Origin: Candidatus Parcubacteria bacterium
GTDB taxonomy: Bacteria; Patescibacteriota; Minisyncoccia; UBA6257; JAGOQP01
DNA: 64,000 nt
Direction of reading: 5' to 3'
Assembly (NCBI GenBank): GCA_025999395.1
Contig: AP024682.1
Location: forward strand, 367,487-431,486
Shown here: piece after piece, positions 19,410 through 29,668 of the stretch
How positions within the stretch are numbered: position 1 is the stretch's first letter
Layout of the letters: each line of letters begins with the position of its first letter
Program-made: the position numbers and the translations under genes
Notes under the pieces: model-generated
What the model was told of the DNA's origin: nothing
What the model saw: the letters and a program-made list of their open reading frames with translations, nothing else
Database searches by the model: none

Positions 19410-19761
19410 CAAAAAAGTTGTTAAAAAAAGAAGACTGATGGGAGAGGTGGTCTCTGACAAAATGAATAAAACACGAGTAGTGTTGGTAACTCGCTTAAAG
19501 AAACATCCTCTCTATCAGAAATTTTATAAAGTGAGCTCGAGATTTAAGGCTCACGATGAAAAAAATGAGTTTAAAGTGGGGGATGTGGTAATAATCGAAG
19601 AAACCCGTCCTCTTTCAAAAGAAAAAAGATGGAGGATTGTTGGGTTGGTTAAAAGAAAGGAAGCAAAGAATGGAAAAGAGGTTAGTTTAAAAGCGGAGCT
19701 AGAAAGTTCTCTTGGTGGCGAAGAAAAGAATGCGGATATTCCTCAGTTATTAAATGAATAG
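19402..19761 (+). CDS. rpsQ: 30S ribosomal protein S17 (start taken at MANKK; overlaps rpmC stop by 8 nt)
   Basis: [18 protein letters not shown]... Confidence 0.9.
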   Translation: MANKKVVKKRRLMGEVVSDKMNKTRVVLVTRLKKHPLYQKFYKVSSRFKAHDEKNEFKVGDVVIIEETRPLSKEKRWRIVGLVKRKEAKNGKEVSLKAELESSLGGEEKNADIPQLLNE

Positions 19762-19815
19762 AAGATATTATTAAATTATTAAGTTTAGAAAAATCATTTG
19801 TTTTAAAGAAAAAGT

Positions 19816-20184
19816 ATGATTCAAGAACGTTCTATTTTAAAAGTGGCTGATAATTCTGGGGCGAAAATTATTCGCTGTTTTCGAATTTTAGGAGGAACCA
19901 GAAGACGCTACGCTCAAATTGGCGATATTATTGTTGCTTCTGTTCAGGTAGCAGAACCCAGAAAACCTATTGCCAAAAAAGACAAGGTAAAGGCAGTAAT
20001 TGTCAGACAAAGAAAAGCCTTTCGAAGAAAAGATGGCTCTTATATCCGCTTTGATGAGAATGCGGCAGTGATTATTGATAATAAAAAAGAACCTCGAGCA
20101 ACTAGAATTTTTGGTCCAATTCCCCGAGAAATCCGAGAAAAAGGATTCGAAAAGATATTTACTATGGCTCAAGAGGTAGTTTAA
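19816..20184 (+). CDS. rplN: 50S ribosomal protein L14
   Basis: [17 protein letters not shown]... Confidence 0.95.
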   Translation: MIQERSILKVADNSGAKIIRCFRILGGTRRRYAQIGDIIVASVQVAEPRKPIAKKDKVKAVIVRQRKAFRRKDGSYIRFDENAAVIIDNKKEPRATRIFGPIPREIREKGFEKIFTMAQEVV

Positions 20185-20214
20185 TTTTAAAAAGTTATTT
20201 TTCGATTAGATATT

Positions 20215-20520
20215 ATGAAGTTAAAAAAAGGAGACATTGTTAAAGTGATTGCTGGAAAAGATAAAGGAAAGACAGGAAAGATCATCAAAGCCTTTCCTTC
20301 CCAAAATAAAGTTTTAGTGGAAGGAATTAATCAATACAAAAAGCATGTTCGCCCAAAAAGAGTGGGGGAGAAAGGAGAAATTATTCTCATTTCTCGTCCT
20401 CTTGATGTTTCCAAGGTGATGTTGGTTTGCTCATCTTGTGGGCAAGCAACGCGGGTGGGCTATTTAATTAAAGACAATGAAAAAACTCGCTATTGTAAAA
20501 AGTGCAAAGCAACGGTCTAA
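20215..20520 (+). CDS. rplX: 50S ribosomal protein L24 with C-terminal Cys4 zinc-ribbon-like tail
   Basis: KOW motif KKGDIVKVIAGKDKGKTGKI; C-terminus CSSCGQATRVGYLIKDNEKTRYCKKCKATV. Confidence 0.9.
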   Translation: MKLKKGDIVKVIAGKDKGKTGKIIKAFPSQNKVLVEGINQYKKHVRPKRVGEKGEIILISRPLDVSKVMLVCSSCGQATRVGYLIKDNEKTRYCKKCKATV

Positions 20521-20545
20521 GTTATAAGTATTTAAGATAGCTTTT

Positions 20546-21097
20546 ATGGAAACTTTAATGGAAAAATACAATAAAAAGATAAGGTTAGAATTGAAAGATG
20601 AGTTGGGATTAAAAAATATCCACTTAGTTCCGCGTTTGGAAAAAGTGGTGGTTAATACGGGAATTGGGCGGTTAAGTCAAAATCCTAATTTTACTGATAA
20701 GATTCTTCCTGAGGTAATGAAGGAGATTTCTCTAATTTGTGGTCAAAAGCCAGCTATTTGCAAGGCAAAAAAATCAATCGCCGGATTTAAGTTAAGAGAA
20801 GGTCAAATAGTGGGATTAAAAGTGACTTTAAGAGGAAAAAGGATGTATGATTTTGTTGAAAGATTAATCAAAATTGCCCTTCCCCGAGTAAGAGATTTTA
20901 AGGGAATCAACTTGAAAAATGTTGATAGTAAAGGTAATCTCAATCTTGGTTTTAAAGAACAAGTAGTTTTTCCGGAAATTGATCAGGATACTTCTTGGGT
21001 TGATTTTGGATTGCAGGTAACGATAACGGTTAATGCTAGAAAAAGGGAAGAGGCAATTGAGTTATATAAAAAATTAGGATTTGTTTTTAAAAAATAG
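20546..21097 (+). CDS. rplE: 50S ribosomal protein L5
   Basis: Position in spc block; LVPRLEKVVVNTGIG. Confidence 0.93.
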   Translation: METLMEKYNKKIRLELKDELGLKNIHLVPRLEKVVVNTGIGRLSQNPNFTDKILPEVMKEISLICGQKPAICKAKKSIAGFKLREGQIVGLKVTLRGKRMYDFVERLIKIALPRVRDFKGINLKNVDSKGNLNLGFKEQVVFPEIDQDTSWVDFGLQVTITVNARKREEAIELYKKLGFVFKK

Positions 21098-21110
21098 TTT
21101 TATTTAAATT

Positions 21111-21296
21111 ATGGCTAAAAAATCAGTTATTGCTCGGGCTAAAAAGAAACCAAAATACTCGACTCGAATTGTAAGAAGGTGTTTTCGTTGTGGAAGGAAA
21201 AGGGGTTATTTGAGAGATTTCGATCTGTGTCGTATTTGTTTTCGGGAGATGGCTTCCAGAGGAGAAATTCCGGGAATTAAAAAAGCTTCTTGGTAA
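21111..21296 (+). CDS. rpsN: 30S ribosomal protein S14 type Z (zinc-binding, 61 aa)
   Basis: [23 protein letters not shown]. Confidence 0.93.
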   Translation: MAKKSVIARAKKKPKYSTRIVRRCFRCGRKRGYLRDFDLCRICFREMASRGEIPGIKKASW

Positions 21297-21307
21297 TTTT
21301 AATTACT

Positions 21308-21688
21308 ATGTATATAAATCTTTTAACACAACTGAAGAATGCTCAAATGGCAGGAAAGGAAAAGATAAAATTCCCATTTTCCAAAATGGATGAGAAGATT
21401 GCTTCTTTATTAGCGGAAAATGGTTTTATTGCCAGTGTAGAAAAGAAGGGAAGAGGAACCAAAAGATTTTTGGAAATTTTTCTTTCTTATAAGAATAAAA
21501 AGGGCGCTATTGCCGGTTTTAGATTTGTTAGCCTTCCTTCCAGAAGAATTTATAAAAGCTACAAAATGCTTAAGCCGGTTAGGCAAGGATTTGGATTGGC
21601 AATTCTTTCTACTTCTCAAGGAATTATGACGGATAAGGAAGCAAGAAAGAAAAAAATAGGGGGTCAAGTTCTTTTTGAGATTTGGTAA
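21308..21688 (+). CDS. rpsH: 30S ribosomal protein S8 (start taken at MYINLL)
   Basis: S8 pattern and position. Confidence 0.9.
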   Translation: MYINLLTQLKNAQMAGKEKIKFPFSKMDEKIASLLAENGFIASVEKKGRGTKRFLEIFLSYKNKKGAIAGFRFVSLPSRRIYKSYKMLKPVRQGFGLAILSTSQGIMTDKEARKKKIGGQVLFEIW

Positions 21689-21733
21689 TTAAGACAAGAG
21701 TTTTGTTAATTTTTAAAGTAGTTTTAGAAAAAT

Positions 21734-22279
21734 ATGTCAAGATTAGCAAAAAAACCCTTAAATATCCCGGCGCAGGTTACAGTGGATTTTCAAGATCACG
21801 CAGTTAAAGTTGACGGTCCTAAAGGATCTCTTTTAATTCCTAAATTAGATGGGGTGGAGATAACTATTACAGGAGATCAGATTTTTCTTCAAGCAATCAA
21901 TTCCTTAAAGCAAACGAAAATGAATTTAGGAACAATGTGGTCTTTGTTAAGAAATTCTTTGGAGGGAGTTACTAATGGTTTTTCTAAGGTTTTGGAAATT
22001 GAAGGAGTAGGCTATAAGGCTTCGGTGGAAGGAAAAGAATTGGTGCTGAAAATAGGTCTTTCTCATCCGGTAAGATTGCCTATTCCTGAGGGAATTGATA
22101 TAAAGGTAGAAAAAAACGAAATAACTGTTTCCGGGATTGATAAACAACTAGTGGGTCAAGTAGCTGCCAACATTCGCAAGCAGAAGAAACCAGAACCTTA
22201 CTTAGGCAAGGGTATTCGTTACAAAGGCGAGATAATTAGAAGAAAGGCAGGTAAGAAAGCAGGAGCAGCAGCTAAGTAA
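21734..22279 (+). CDS. rplF: 50S ribosomal protein L6
   Basis: MSRLAKKPLNIPAQVTVD... Confidence 0.93.
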   Translation: MSRLAKKPLNIPAQVTVDFQDHAVKVDGPKGSLLIPKLDGVEITITGDQIFLQAINSLKQTKMNLGTMWSLLRNSLEGVTNGFSKVLEIEGVGYKASVEGKELVLKIGLSHPVRLPIPEGIDIKVEKNEITVSGIDKQLVGQVAANIRKQKKPEPYLGKGIRYKGEIIRRKAGKKAGAAAK

Positions 22280-22312
22280 AAAAGTATTTATTGATTAAAG
22301 GCATTTTCAAGT

Positions 22313-22672
22313 ATGAATAAAAGAAAAGTTTTAAATAAAATAAGAGAAAGAAGGGAAAGAAGAGTGAGAGCAAAAATTTCCGGGACAGCTGAAAAGCCAA
22401 GGATTTCTGTTTTTAAGAGTAATCGTGATATTTTCATTCAAGCTATTGATGACACTTTAGGAAAAACAATTACCAGCAGCTCTTTGAGATTAATAGAAAA
22501 GAAGCATTCTTTGAAAAAAGAGCAAGCTCTGGAAAAATTGGCGGAAACAATAGCCAATGATTTAAAATCGCGACAGATAGAAAAAGCAGTTTTTGACAGA
22601 GGTCGGTATAAATTTCACGGAGTGATTAAAAAAATAGCTGAAAATTTGAGAAAGAATGGAATAAAAATTTAA
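22313..22672 (+). CDS. rplR: 50S ribosomal protein L18
   Basis: PRISVFKSNRDIFIQAIDD, position. Confidence 0.9.
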   Translation: MNKRKVLNKIRERRERRVRAKISGTAEKPRISVFKSNRDIFIQAIDDTLGKTITSSSLRLIEKKHSLKKEQALEKLAETIANDLKSRQIEKAVFDRGRYKFHGVIKKIAENLRKNGIKI

Positions 22673-22694
22673 TTGACTTTAATTTGATAAAAAT

Positions 22695-23192
22695 ATGATT
22701 GCCAAAGGAAACAACAAACAAAAATTTTCTGCTGATACTAAATCAAGTTTTAAAGAAAAGGCTATTGATTTAAGGAGAGTCGCAAGAGTAGTAGCCGGAG
22801 GAAAAAGATTTTCTTTCCGGTGTACTTTGATTATTGGAGATGAAAAGGGAAATGTTGGAGTGGGGATTGCTAAGGGAGCTGATGTTTCTTTGGCGATAGA
22901 GAAAGCAAGAAATCAAGCCAAGAAAAATATTTTTACTGTTCCTTTAAAGGGGACAACTATTCCTCATGAGGTGGAAGCAAAATTTAGTGCGGCTAAAGTT
23001 CTTATTAAACCAGCTCCCAAGGGTGCTGGTTTAAAGGCAGGAGGAGCAGTAAGAACAGTGCTTTTGATGGCAGGGATAAAAGATGCTTCGGCTAAGTGTT
23101 TAGGAAGAACTAAAAACAAATTAACCAATGCTTTAGCAGCTATTGAAGCCTTAAAGAAAATTAAACATTTTAGTAAAGAAGTTCAGTCTTAA
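22695..23192 (+). CDS. rpsE: 30S ribosomal protein S5
   Basis: RVARVVAGGKRFSFRCTLIIGDEKGNVGVGIAKG. Confidence 0.95.
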   Translation: MIAKGNNKQKFSADTKSSFKEKAIDLRRVARVVAGGKRFSFRCTLIIGDEKGNVGVGIAKGADVSLAIEKARNQAKKNIFTVPLKGTTIPHEVEAKFSAAKVLIKPAPKGAGLKAGGAVRTVLLMAGIKDASAKCLGRTKNKLTNALAAIEALKKIKHFSKEVQS

Positions 23193-23213
23193 AATTTATT
23201 TTAAATTAAAAGT

Positions 23214-23630
23214 ATGCAACTTCATCAATTAAAACCAAAAACTAAAAGTAAAAAGATAAAAAGAGTAGGAAGAGGAGGAAAGAGAGGTACTTATTCAGGA
23301 AGAGGCCAAAAGGGGCAAAAAGCGAGAGCTGGAAGAAAATTGTTTCCTCATCGCCGGGAAATTGTTGCCCGCTTTCCTAAAAAGAGAGGTTTTAAAAATA
23401 AGCCTAAAAAACCAAAACCAGCAGTAGTTACTCTTGATCAGCTTAATAAAATAAAAGAGATCGTGATTAATTTAGATGTTTTAAAGAAATACAATCTTAT
23501 TCCTAAAAAAGAAAAATTGGCTAAAATTCTTAATAAGGGGAAAATAACTTCTGCTAAAGAAATTGTGGGAATTTCTTGCTCCCGAGCAGCTCGAGAAGCC
23601 ATTTTGAAAGCTGGGGGTAAAGTAAGTTAG
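23214..23630 (+). CDS. rplO: 50S ribosomal protein L15 (follows S5 directly; no L30 gene)
   Basis: KRVGRGGKRGTYSGRGQKGQKAR. Confidence 0.93.
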   Translation: MQLHQLKPKTKSKKIKRVGRGGKRGTYSGRGQKGQKARAGRKLFPHRREIVARFPKKRGFKNKPKKPKPAVVTLDQLNKIKEIVINLDVLKKYNLIPKKEKLAKILNKGKITSAKEIVGISCSRAAREAILKAGGKVS

Positions 23631-23652
23631 AGTTAGATTTTTAAAATAGAAT

Positions 23653-24924
23653 ATGTCTAAGATTATTCAAATTTTCAAAATTAAAGATCTGAGAAAAAGG
23701 ATTTTGATTGTTTTTGTTTGGCTGATTATTTTTCGATTGCTTACCGCAATTCCTATTCCTGATATTGATATTTCGAAATTAAAATCTTTTTTTGCTAATA
23801 ACCAGTTATTAGGATTTTTGAATATTTTTTCGGGAGGAGGTTTGGCTAATCTTTCAATTGCAATGTTGGGGGTGGGTCCTTACATTACTGCAACCATTAT
23901 TATGCAACTACTGACAATGATTTTTCCTCGACTGAAAGAGATGTACTATGAAGAGGGAGCTGTAGGAAGGGCTAAATTTAATCGGATCTCCAAATATTTA
24001 ACTGTTCCTCTTTCTTTTCTTCAAAGTTATGGGTTTTTAAATATTCTTATTTCTCAACAAGTTTTGCCGCCGATTGATACTCTGAGTTTATTAAAGGATT
24101 CTTTAATTATTAGCGCTGGATCGATGGTTTTGGTTTGGATTGGTGATTTAATTAGCGAGCAGAAAATTGGTAATGGTGTTTCTTTAATTATTTTTGCAGG
24201 AATTGTTAGCCGCTTACCAGCTATTGTTCAGCAGCTTTTTGTTTCCTTTAATCCTGCTGATTTAGTTAACTACATTGCTTTTGCAGTAATTGCGATAGCA
24301 GTAATTGCGGGAGTGGTCTTTATTAATGAAGGAGAAAGAAAAGTACCAGTTACTTACGCTCGTCGAGTAAGAGGAATTAAGATGTTCGGAGGGGTTCAAA
24401 GTTATCTTCCTTTAAAGGTTAATCAGGCAGGAGTAATTCCAATTATCTTTGCTATCTCAGTTCTTCTTTTCCCTCAATTTATTTCTCAGGCAACAGCTAT
24501 TTTTTCTAAAGATGTCTCTTTAAAATTATCAGAAATAGTTAATAGAATTTTTTCTAACATTTATCTTTACGCTTTGTTTTACTTCTTTTTAGTTTTTATC
24601 TTTACTTATTTCTATACTTCTATCACCTTTGATCCCAAAGAAATCGCTAAAAACCTTCAGAGATCAGGCGGATTTATTTTAGGAATTAGACCGGGAGAAT
24701 CAACAGCTTTGTATCTTTCCAGAATCATTTCTCGAACTACTTTTTGGGGAGCGATTTTTTTGGGGATTGTAGCAATTTTGCCTAACCTTACCACGATGGC
24801 TACAGGAATTAAGATTGCTTCTATTGGGGGAACGAGTATTTTGATCGTAGTTTCAGTAGCCTTAGAGGTATTACGTCAAATTAATGCTCAATTGGTTATG
24901 AGAGAATATGAGGGTTTTGAGTAA
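23653..24924 (+). CDS. secY: preprotein translocase SecY
   Basis: 10-TM pattern, GNGVSLIIFAGIV plug/hinge region, position. Confidence 0.95.
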   Translation: MSKIIQIFKIKDLRKRILIVFVWLIIFRLLTAIPIPDIDISKLKSFFANNQLLGFLNIFSGGGLANLSIAMLGVGPYITATIIMQLLTMIFPRLKEMYYEEGAVGRAKFNRISKYLTVPLSFLQSYGFLNILISQQVLPPIDTLSLLKDSLIISAGSMVLVWIGDLISEQKIGNGVSLIIFAGIVSRLPAIVQQLFVSFNPADLVNYIAFAVIAIAVIAGVVFINEGERKVPVTYARRVRGIKMFGGVQSYLPLKVNQAGVIPIIFAISVLLFPQFISQATAIFSKDVSLKLSEIVNRIFSNIYLYALFYFFLVFIFTYFYTSITFDPKEIAKNLQRSGGFILGIRPGESTALYLSRIISRTTFWGAIFLGIVAILPNLTTMATGIKIASIGGTSILIVVSVALEVLRQINAQLVMREYEGFE

Positions 24925-24965
24925 AGATTGAGTTTTTCTTTGATTTAAGAAGAAAAACTTTTAAA

Positions 24966-25664
24966 ATGTCAAATTTAAAGAAAAAAGTAGTTGTTATTTT
25001 TGGAACTCCCGGTTCAGGAAAGGGAACGCAGGCAAGATTAATTTCTCAAAAGTTTGATCTTTTTAATTTAGATACGGGCAGTCTTTTAAGAAGCATTTTT
25101 TCTAATCCCGTTTTTCTTAAGGATAAAAGAATAAGAGAAGAAAAAAAACTTAATGAATCTGGAAGACTTAATACTCCGGAGTTTGTGCTTGATTTGTTAA
25201 AGAAAAAAGTTGATCAACTTTTTAAAGAAGGATTAGGAATTGTCTTTTCTGGTTCTCCGAGGACTTATTTTGAAGCTTTTGGAGACGAAAAAAGCGAGGG
25301 TTTGATTTCTTTTTTGGAAAAAAGGTATAAGAGAAAAAATCTCTTCTTCTTTTTTATTAAAACTTCTGAAGGAGAATCAATTAAAAGAAATTCTCAAAGA
25401 ACCATTTGCTCTGTTTGTCAAACTCAACTTTTAAGATCAGAAATAATTGGAACGAAGTTAAAGCGTTGCCCTTTTTGCGGAGGAAAATTAGTAAGAAGAA
25501 AAGATGATAATCCTAAAGTGATAAAAACTAGATTTCAGGAATTTCAAGAAAGAACTCAGCCGGTTTTAGAAGAACTTAAAAAGAAAGGATATAAAATTCA
25601 TTTGATTAATGGTAATCTTTTACCTTATAAGGTTTTTCAATTGATAGTGGAAAAAATTAAATAG
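24966..25664 (+). CDS. adk: adenylate kinase with zinc-ribbon lid
   Basis: P-loop GTPGSGKGTQ; lid CSVCQ...CPFCGG. Confidence 0.9.
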   Translation: MSNLKKKVVVIFGTPGSGKGTQARLISQKFDLFNLDTGSLLRSIFSNPVFLKDKRIREEKKLNESGRLNTPEFVLDLLKKKVDQLFKEGLGIVFSGSPRTYFEAFGDEKSEGLISFLEKRYKRKNLFFFFIKTSEGESIKRNSQRTICSVCQTQLLRSEIIGTKLKRCPFCGGKLVRRKDDNPKVIKTRFQEFQERTQPVLEELKKKGYKIHLINGNLLPYKVFQLIVEKIK

Positions 25665-25669
25665 CTTAA

Positions 25670-26428
25670 ATGATTTTTCTTAAAAACGAAAAAGAGATAA
25701 TGCTTTTAAAAGAATCAGGAAGAATTTTAAGATTTATCCTGAATTCTTTAGAAAAAAAAGCTAAAAAGGGGACTAATCTTTTGGAATTAGAAGAGCTTGC
25801 TCAAAAGCTGTGCAAAGAATATAAGGTTGTGCCGATTTTTTTGGGGTATCAACCAGAAGGAGCAAAAAAGCCATTTCCGGCCGCTATTTGTACCTCCTTA
25901 AATGATGTTGTAGTTCACGGTGTTCCCAGAGATTATTTTTTAAAAGATGGTGATGTTTTAAAAATTGATATGGGAATTGCTTATCAGGGAATGATTACTG
26001 ATGCGGCTCTAACGGTTATTATTGGGAAAATCTCTCCTTTAGCTAAAAAGTTAGTGGAGGCTACTAAAAAGTCTTTGGAAGCGGCAATTAAAGTAGCCAA
26101 AAAGGGAAGAAGCTTAGGAGATATCGGATGGGCTATAGAAAATCAAGCTAAAAAATACGGTTTCTCAGTACTAAAAAGCTTAACCGGTCATGGGGTAGGT
26201 TTTCAGCTTCATGAAGATCCAGTAATCTTTAATTATGGGAAAAAAGGGGAAGGGGAGAAATTAAGGGAGGGAATGGTTTTAGCCATTGAGCCGATGCTTT
26301 CGGTTTCATGCCAAGAGGTTGTTCAAAAAGAAGATGAAAGTTATGCTACTTTGGATGGAAGTTTAGCGGCTCACTTTGAACACACAATTGCTATTACTAG
26401 TAAGGGAACTATTGTTTTAACTGAGTAA
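25670..26428 (+). CDS. map: methionine aminopeptidase type I
   Basis: Pita-bread metal ligands region ...DMGIAYQGMITD..., HGVGFQLHEDP. Confidence 0.9.
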   Translation: MIFLKNEKEIMLLKESGRILRFILNSLEKKAKKGTNLLELEELAQKLCKEYKVVPIFLGYQPEGAKKPFPAAICTSLNDVVVHGVPRDYFLKDGDVLKIDMGIAYQGMITDAALTVIIGKISPLAKKLVEATKKSLEAAIKVAKKGRSLGDIGWAIENQAKKYGFSVLKSLTGHGVGFQLHEDPVIFNYGKKGEGEKLREGMVLAIEPMLSVSCQEVVQKEDESYATLDGSLAAHFEHTIAITSKGTIVLTE

Positions 26429-26466
26429 AATAATTATAATTTTTAAAATTGTTTTAATTTAAAATT

Positions 26467-27216
26467 ATGAAAAAACCCTATCTTTCTGTTATTATTCCTG
26501 CCTATAACGAAGCCAAGAGGCTTCCCTTAACTTTGATTGATATAGATAAGCATCTGGCAACTGTTAACTTTGATTATGAAATTATTGTAGTGGATAACAA
26601 TTCCAGTGATGCTACTTTAGAAATTGCTCAGCGCTTTATTCCTTTGATAAAAAACTTAAAAGTTATCGAGTGTAAAATTCAAGGTAAGGGAGCGGCGGTT
26701 AAAAAGGGAATTTTAGAAGCAAAGGGGGAAATTCGGCTTTTCACAGATGCTGATAATTCTACTTCTATTGATCACTTTTTTAAAATGGAGCCCTATTTTA
26801 AAGAGGGTTATGAGGTAGTGATTGGATCACGAGATGTCCCGGGAGCTCAGCTTGATCCTCCTCAACCTTGGTATCGAAATTTATTAGGGGATTTAGGAAA
26901 TATTTTTATTCAATTAATGGTTTTAAAAGGAATCAAGGATACTCAATGTGGCTTTAAGGCTTTCAGTGAAAAAGCAGCTCTTTCCATTTTTCCCTTGTCA
27001 GAGATTAAGGGGTGGGGGTTCGATGTCGAAATTTTGGCTTTAGCAAGAAAAATGGGCTATAAAATAAAAGAAATTCCCGTTCATTGGGTAAACAGCTCTT
27101 TTTCTCATGTAAAACCTTCCGCTTACTTAAATGTTTTATTAGAGGTAGTAAAAATAAAAATAAGACTAATGAGAAATAAGTATGGAATCGAAAATCAATC
27201 CAGAAAATCAGCTTAA
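26467..27216 (+). CDS. GT2 family glycosyltransferase (polyprenyl-phosphate sugar synthase, DPM1/GtrB-like)
   Basis: LSVIIPAYNEAKRL, DxD region FTDADNST. Confidence 0.8.
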   Translation: MKKPYLSVIIPAYNEAKRLPLTLIDIDKHLATVNFDYEIIVVDNNSSDATLEIAQRFIPLIKNLKVIECKIQGKGAAVKKGILEAKGEIRLFTDADNSTSIDHFFKMEPYFKEGYEVVIGSRDVPGAQLDPPQPWYRNLLGDLGNIFIQLMVLKGIKDTQCGFKAFSEKAALSIFPLSEIKGWGFDVEILALARKMGYKIKEIPVHWVNSSFSHVKPSAYLNVLLEVVKIKIRLMRNKYGIENQSRKSA

Positions 27217-27311
27217 GGTTGACTGGTTTTTTATTAATGTTTAAACTTTTCATCTATCAGGTTTTTGAATTATTAAATTTTTAGATATCATTATTTTTAA
27301 GGAATTTTCAT

Positions 27312-27770
27312 ATGACTCAGTATTTAAGCAAGGAAAAAGTAGAGGAGTTAAAAAAGCGCCTTCAAGAGCTTAAAACGACTAAGCGTTTTGAGATTGCTGA
27401 TAAATTAAAGAGGGCTAAAGAGCACGGGGATCTCTCGGAAAATTTTGAATATGCCCAGGCAAAAGATGAACAGGAAAAGCTGGAAAAGGAGATTTTTGAT
27501 TTAGAAAATTTAATCAAAAATGCTCAAATTATTACCAAACCCAAAAATAAAAATGTTGTAAGCGTTGGCTCCACAGTTTCTTTAAAACAAGATGGAAAGT
27601 TGGTTTCTTATACTATTGTAGGCTCTCAGGAATCAGATCCGTTGAATTATAAAATCTCTAATGTTTCTCCAATTGGAAAGGCTTTATTGGGTAAGAAAGT
27701 GGGAGATAAGGTAAAAGTAAAAACTCCCAAGGGATTAGAAATAGAGCTTGAGATCTTAAAGATTGAATAA
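27312..27770 (+). CDS. greA: transcription elongation factor GreA
   Basis: N-terminal coiled coil with EHGDLSENFEYAQAKDEQ acidic tip region; FKBP-like C-domain. Confidence 0.9.
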   Translation: MTQYLSKEKVEELKKRLQELKTTKRFEIADKLKRAKEHGDLSENFEYAQAKDEQEKLEKEIFDLENLIKNAQIITKPKNKNVVSVGSTVSLKQDGKLVSYTIVGSQESDPLNYKISNVSPIGKALLGKKVGDKVKVKTPKGLEIELEILKIE

Positions 27771-27801
27771 GAGTTGAAGTAAAACTATTTAAATTTTATT
27801 T

Positions 27802-29251
27802 ATGTTGGAGGATTTAATTAAAGAAAGAAAGAAAAAAGTAAAAGAATTGAGAGAACAAGGAATTAATCCTTATCCTATTTTTAGTCAACGAACCGCCTCT
27901 ATTAAAGAGGCTCTGGATTCTTTTTCCGCTTGGTCAAAATCGCGCAAAAAAATTTATTTGGTGGGAAGGATTAGAAGTCTTCGCGATCAAGGAAAGATTG
28001 TTTTTTTAGATCTAGAAGATATGAGTGAAAAGATTCAGGTGGTTTTTAAAAAAGAAGAAACTCAAAATTTTTCTTTCTTTAAAAAATATTTAGATATTGG
28101 AGATTTTTTGGAGGTATATGGCTATCTTTTTAAAACTCAAAGAGGAGAAAAAAGTATTCTAGCGTTGCGATTAAAAATTTTAGCTAAAAGTTTACGCCCA
28201 CTTCCTTCTGATTTTTATGGGTTAGTTGATACCGAAACAAGATTAAGAAAAAGATACTTGGATTTAATTTTAAACAAGGAAACCAAAGAACTTTTTATTA
28301 AGAAAAGTAAGTTTTGGAAAGCAGTAAGAGAATTTTTGGATAAAGAAGGTTTTTTGGAGGTAGAAACTCCTGTTTTTGAAATGATTCCCGGAGGAGCGGA
28401 AGCAGAGCCTTTTGTTACTCACCATAATGCTTTGGATCAGGATTTTTATTTAAGGATTTCTTTAGAAATTGCCTTAAAAAAAGCTAATAGTGGGAGGATT
28501 TGAAAAAATTTATGAGATTGGCAGGGTTTTTAGAAATGAAGGAATTGATGCTGAACACCTTCAGGATTACACTCAAATGGAGTTTTATTGGGCTTACGCG
28601 GATTATCGCCAGTTGATGACTTTTTTAAAGAAAATGTATCGGTTTGTAATAAAAAAGACATTTGGAACTTTAGTTTTTAAGTGGCAGGGTAAAAAAATTG
28701 ATTGGGGAAAAGAATGGAAGGTTTATGATTACTGCAAGCTTTTTTTTAAGGAAAATAAAATTGATCCCAAAACCGCTTCGTTAGAGGAATTATTAAAGAA
28801 AGCACAATCTTTACAAATCGAAGTTCCTCAGGGAGCGGGGAAGGGGCGATTGATTGACTTAATTTATAAAAAGACAGTCAGACCAAAATTAATTCAGCCT
28901 TGTTTTTTAATTAATCCTCCGGTAGAAATAGAGCCTTTAGCCAAAAGAAGCGAAAAAGATCCGCGAGTAGTAGAACGACTTCAAGTAATGGCTTATGGAA
29001 CAGAATTAGGAAAGGGTTTTTCCGAATTAAATGATCCTCAAGATCAAAGAGAAAGGTTTGAGGAGCAAATGAAGTTAAGAGCAGCAGGAGACAAAGAGGC
29101 CCAAATGTTAGACGAAGATTTTTTGGAAGCTTTGGAGTATGGAATGCCACCCACCGCAGGATTTGGAATGTCAGAGCGTCTTTTTGCGGTTTTGGCAAAC
29201 AAACCTATCCGAGAAACTATTTTCTTTCCTCCAATGAAAAAAAAGAGTTAA
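27802..29251 (+). CDS. lysS: lysyl-tRNA synthetase (class II), interrupted by a +1 frameshift in an A7 run at 28476-28482
   Basis: ORFs 27802..28503 and 28490..29251 are N- and C-halves of LysRS; removing one A restores [27 protein letters not shown] (motif 2 region); motif 3 GFGMSERL present. Confidence 0.8.
28476..28482 (+). other. A7 homopolymer at lysS frameshift point
   Basis: cctt-aaaaaaa-gcta read directly. Confidence 0.9.
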
Positions 29252-29331
29252 GATTTAAAAACTAATTTTAAAATCTCATATTTCAGAATTTACTATAATA
29301 TTTATTAAAGTTAGTTTTTTGTGATTTATAA

Positions 29332-29610
29332 ATGAGAAAGTATCTTTTTATTTTTCTTTTGATAATTTTAATTCTGCTTGTCATCTACTTTTTAGGAGGG
29401 ATTTTTTCGTTCAGATATCATCACAAAAAATGCCCTCAAATTGTAGATGAATTTGGGATGCCAATACTTGATTTTAGAAAGAAAAGTACTTTCTGTCTAA
29501 TTATAGAGAGAGCTTTTAAACTAAATTTGATTTTAAATCCGGAAACGGCACGGTCAATAATGCTTAAATGGCGTGAATTTCATTATAATCTTATAAAAAC
29601 GTTGAAATAG
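29332..29610 (+). CDS. small hypothetical membrane protein
   Basis: N-terminal TM helix FIFLLIILILLVIYFLGGIF; no homolog recognised. Confidence 0.4.
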   Translation: MRKYLFIFLLIILILLVIYFLGGIFSFRYHHKKCPQIVDEFGMPILDFRKKSTFCLIIERAFKLNLILNPETARSIMLKWREFHYNLIKTLK

Positions 29611-29668
29611 CAAAGTGGCTATGAGATAATTTACATCATTACAATTATTGCTCTGAGTTGTATCATCT

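Noticed and set aside
27802-29251. Calling lysS a dead pseudogene
   Set aside because: A single extra A in an A7 run is the only lesion, and both halves are otherwise intact and conserved. Sequencing error or slippage is more plausible than decay for an essential gene.
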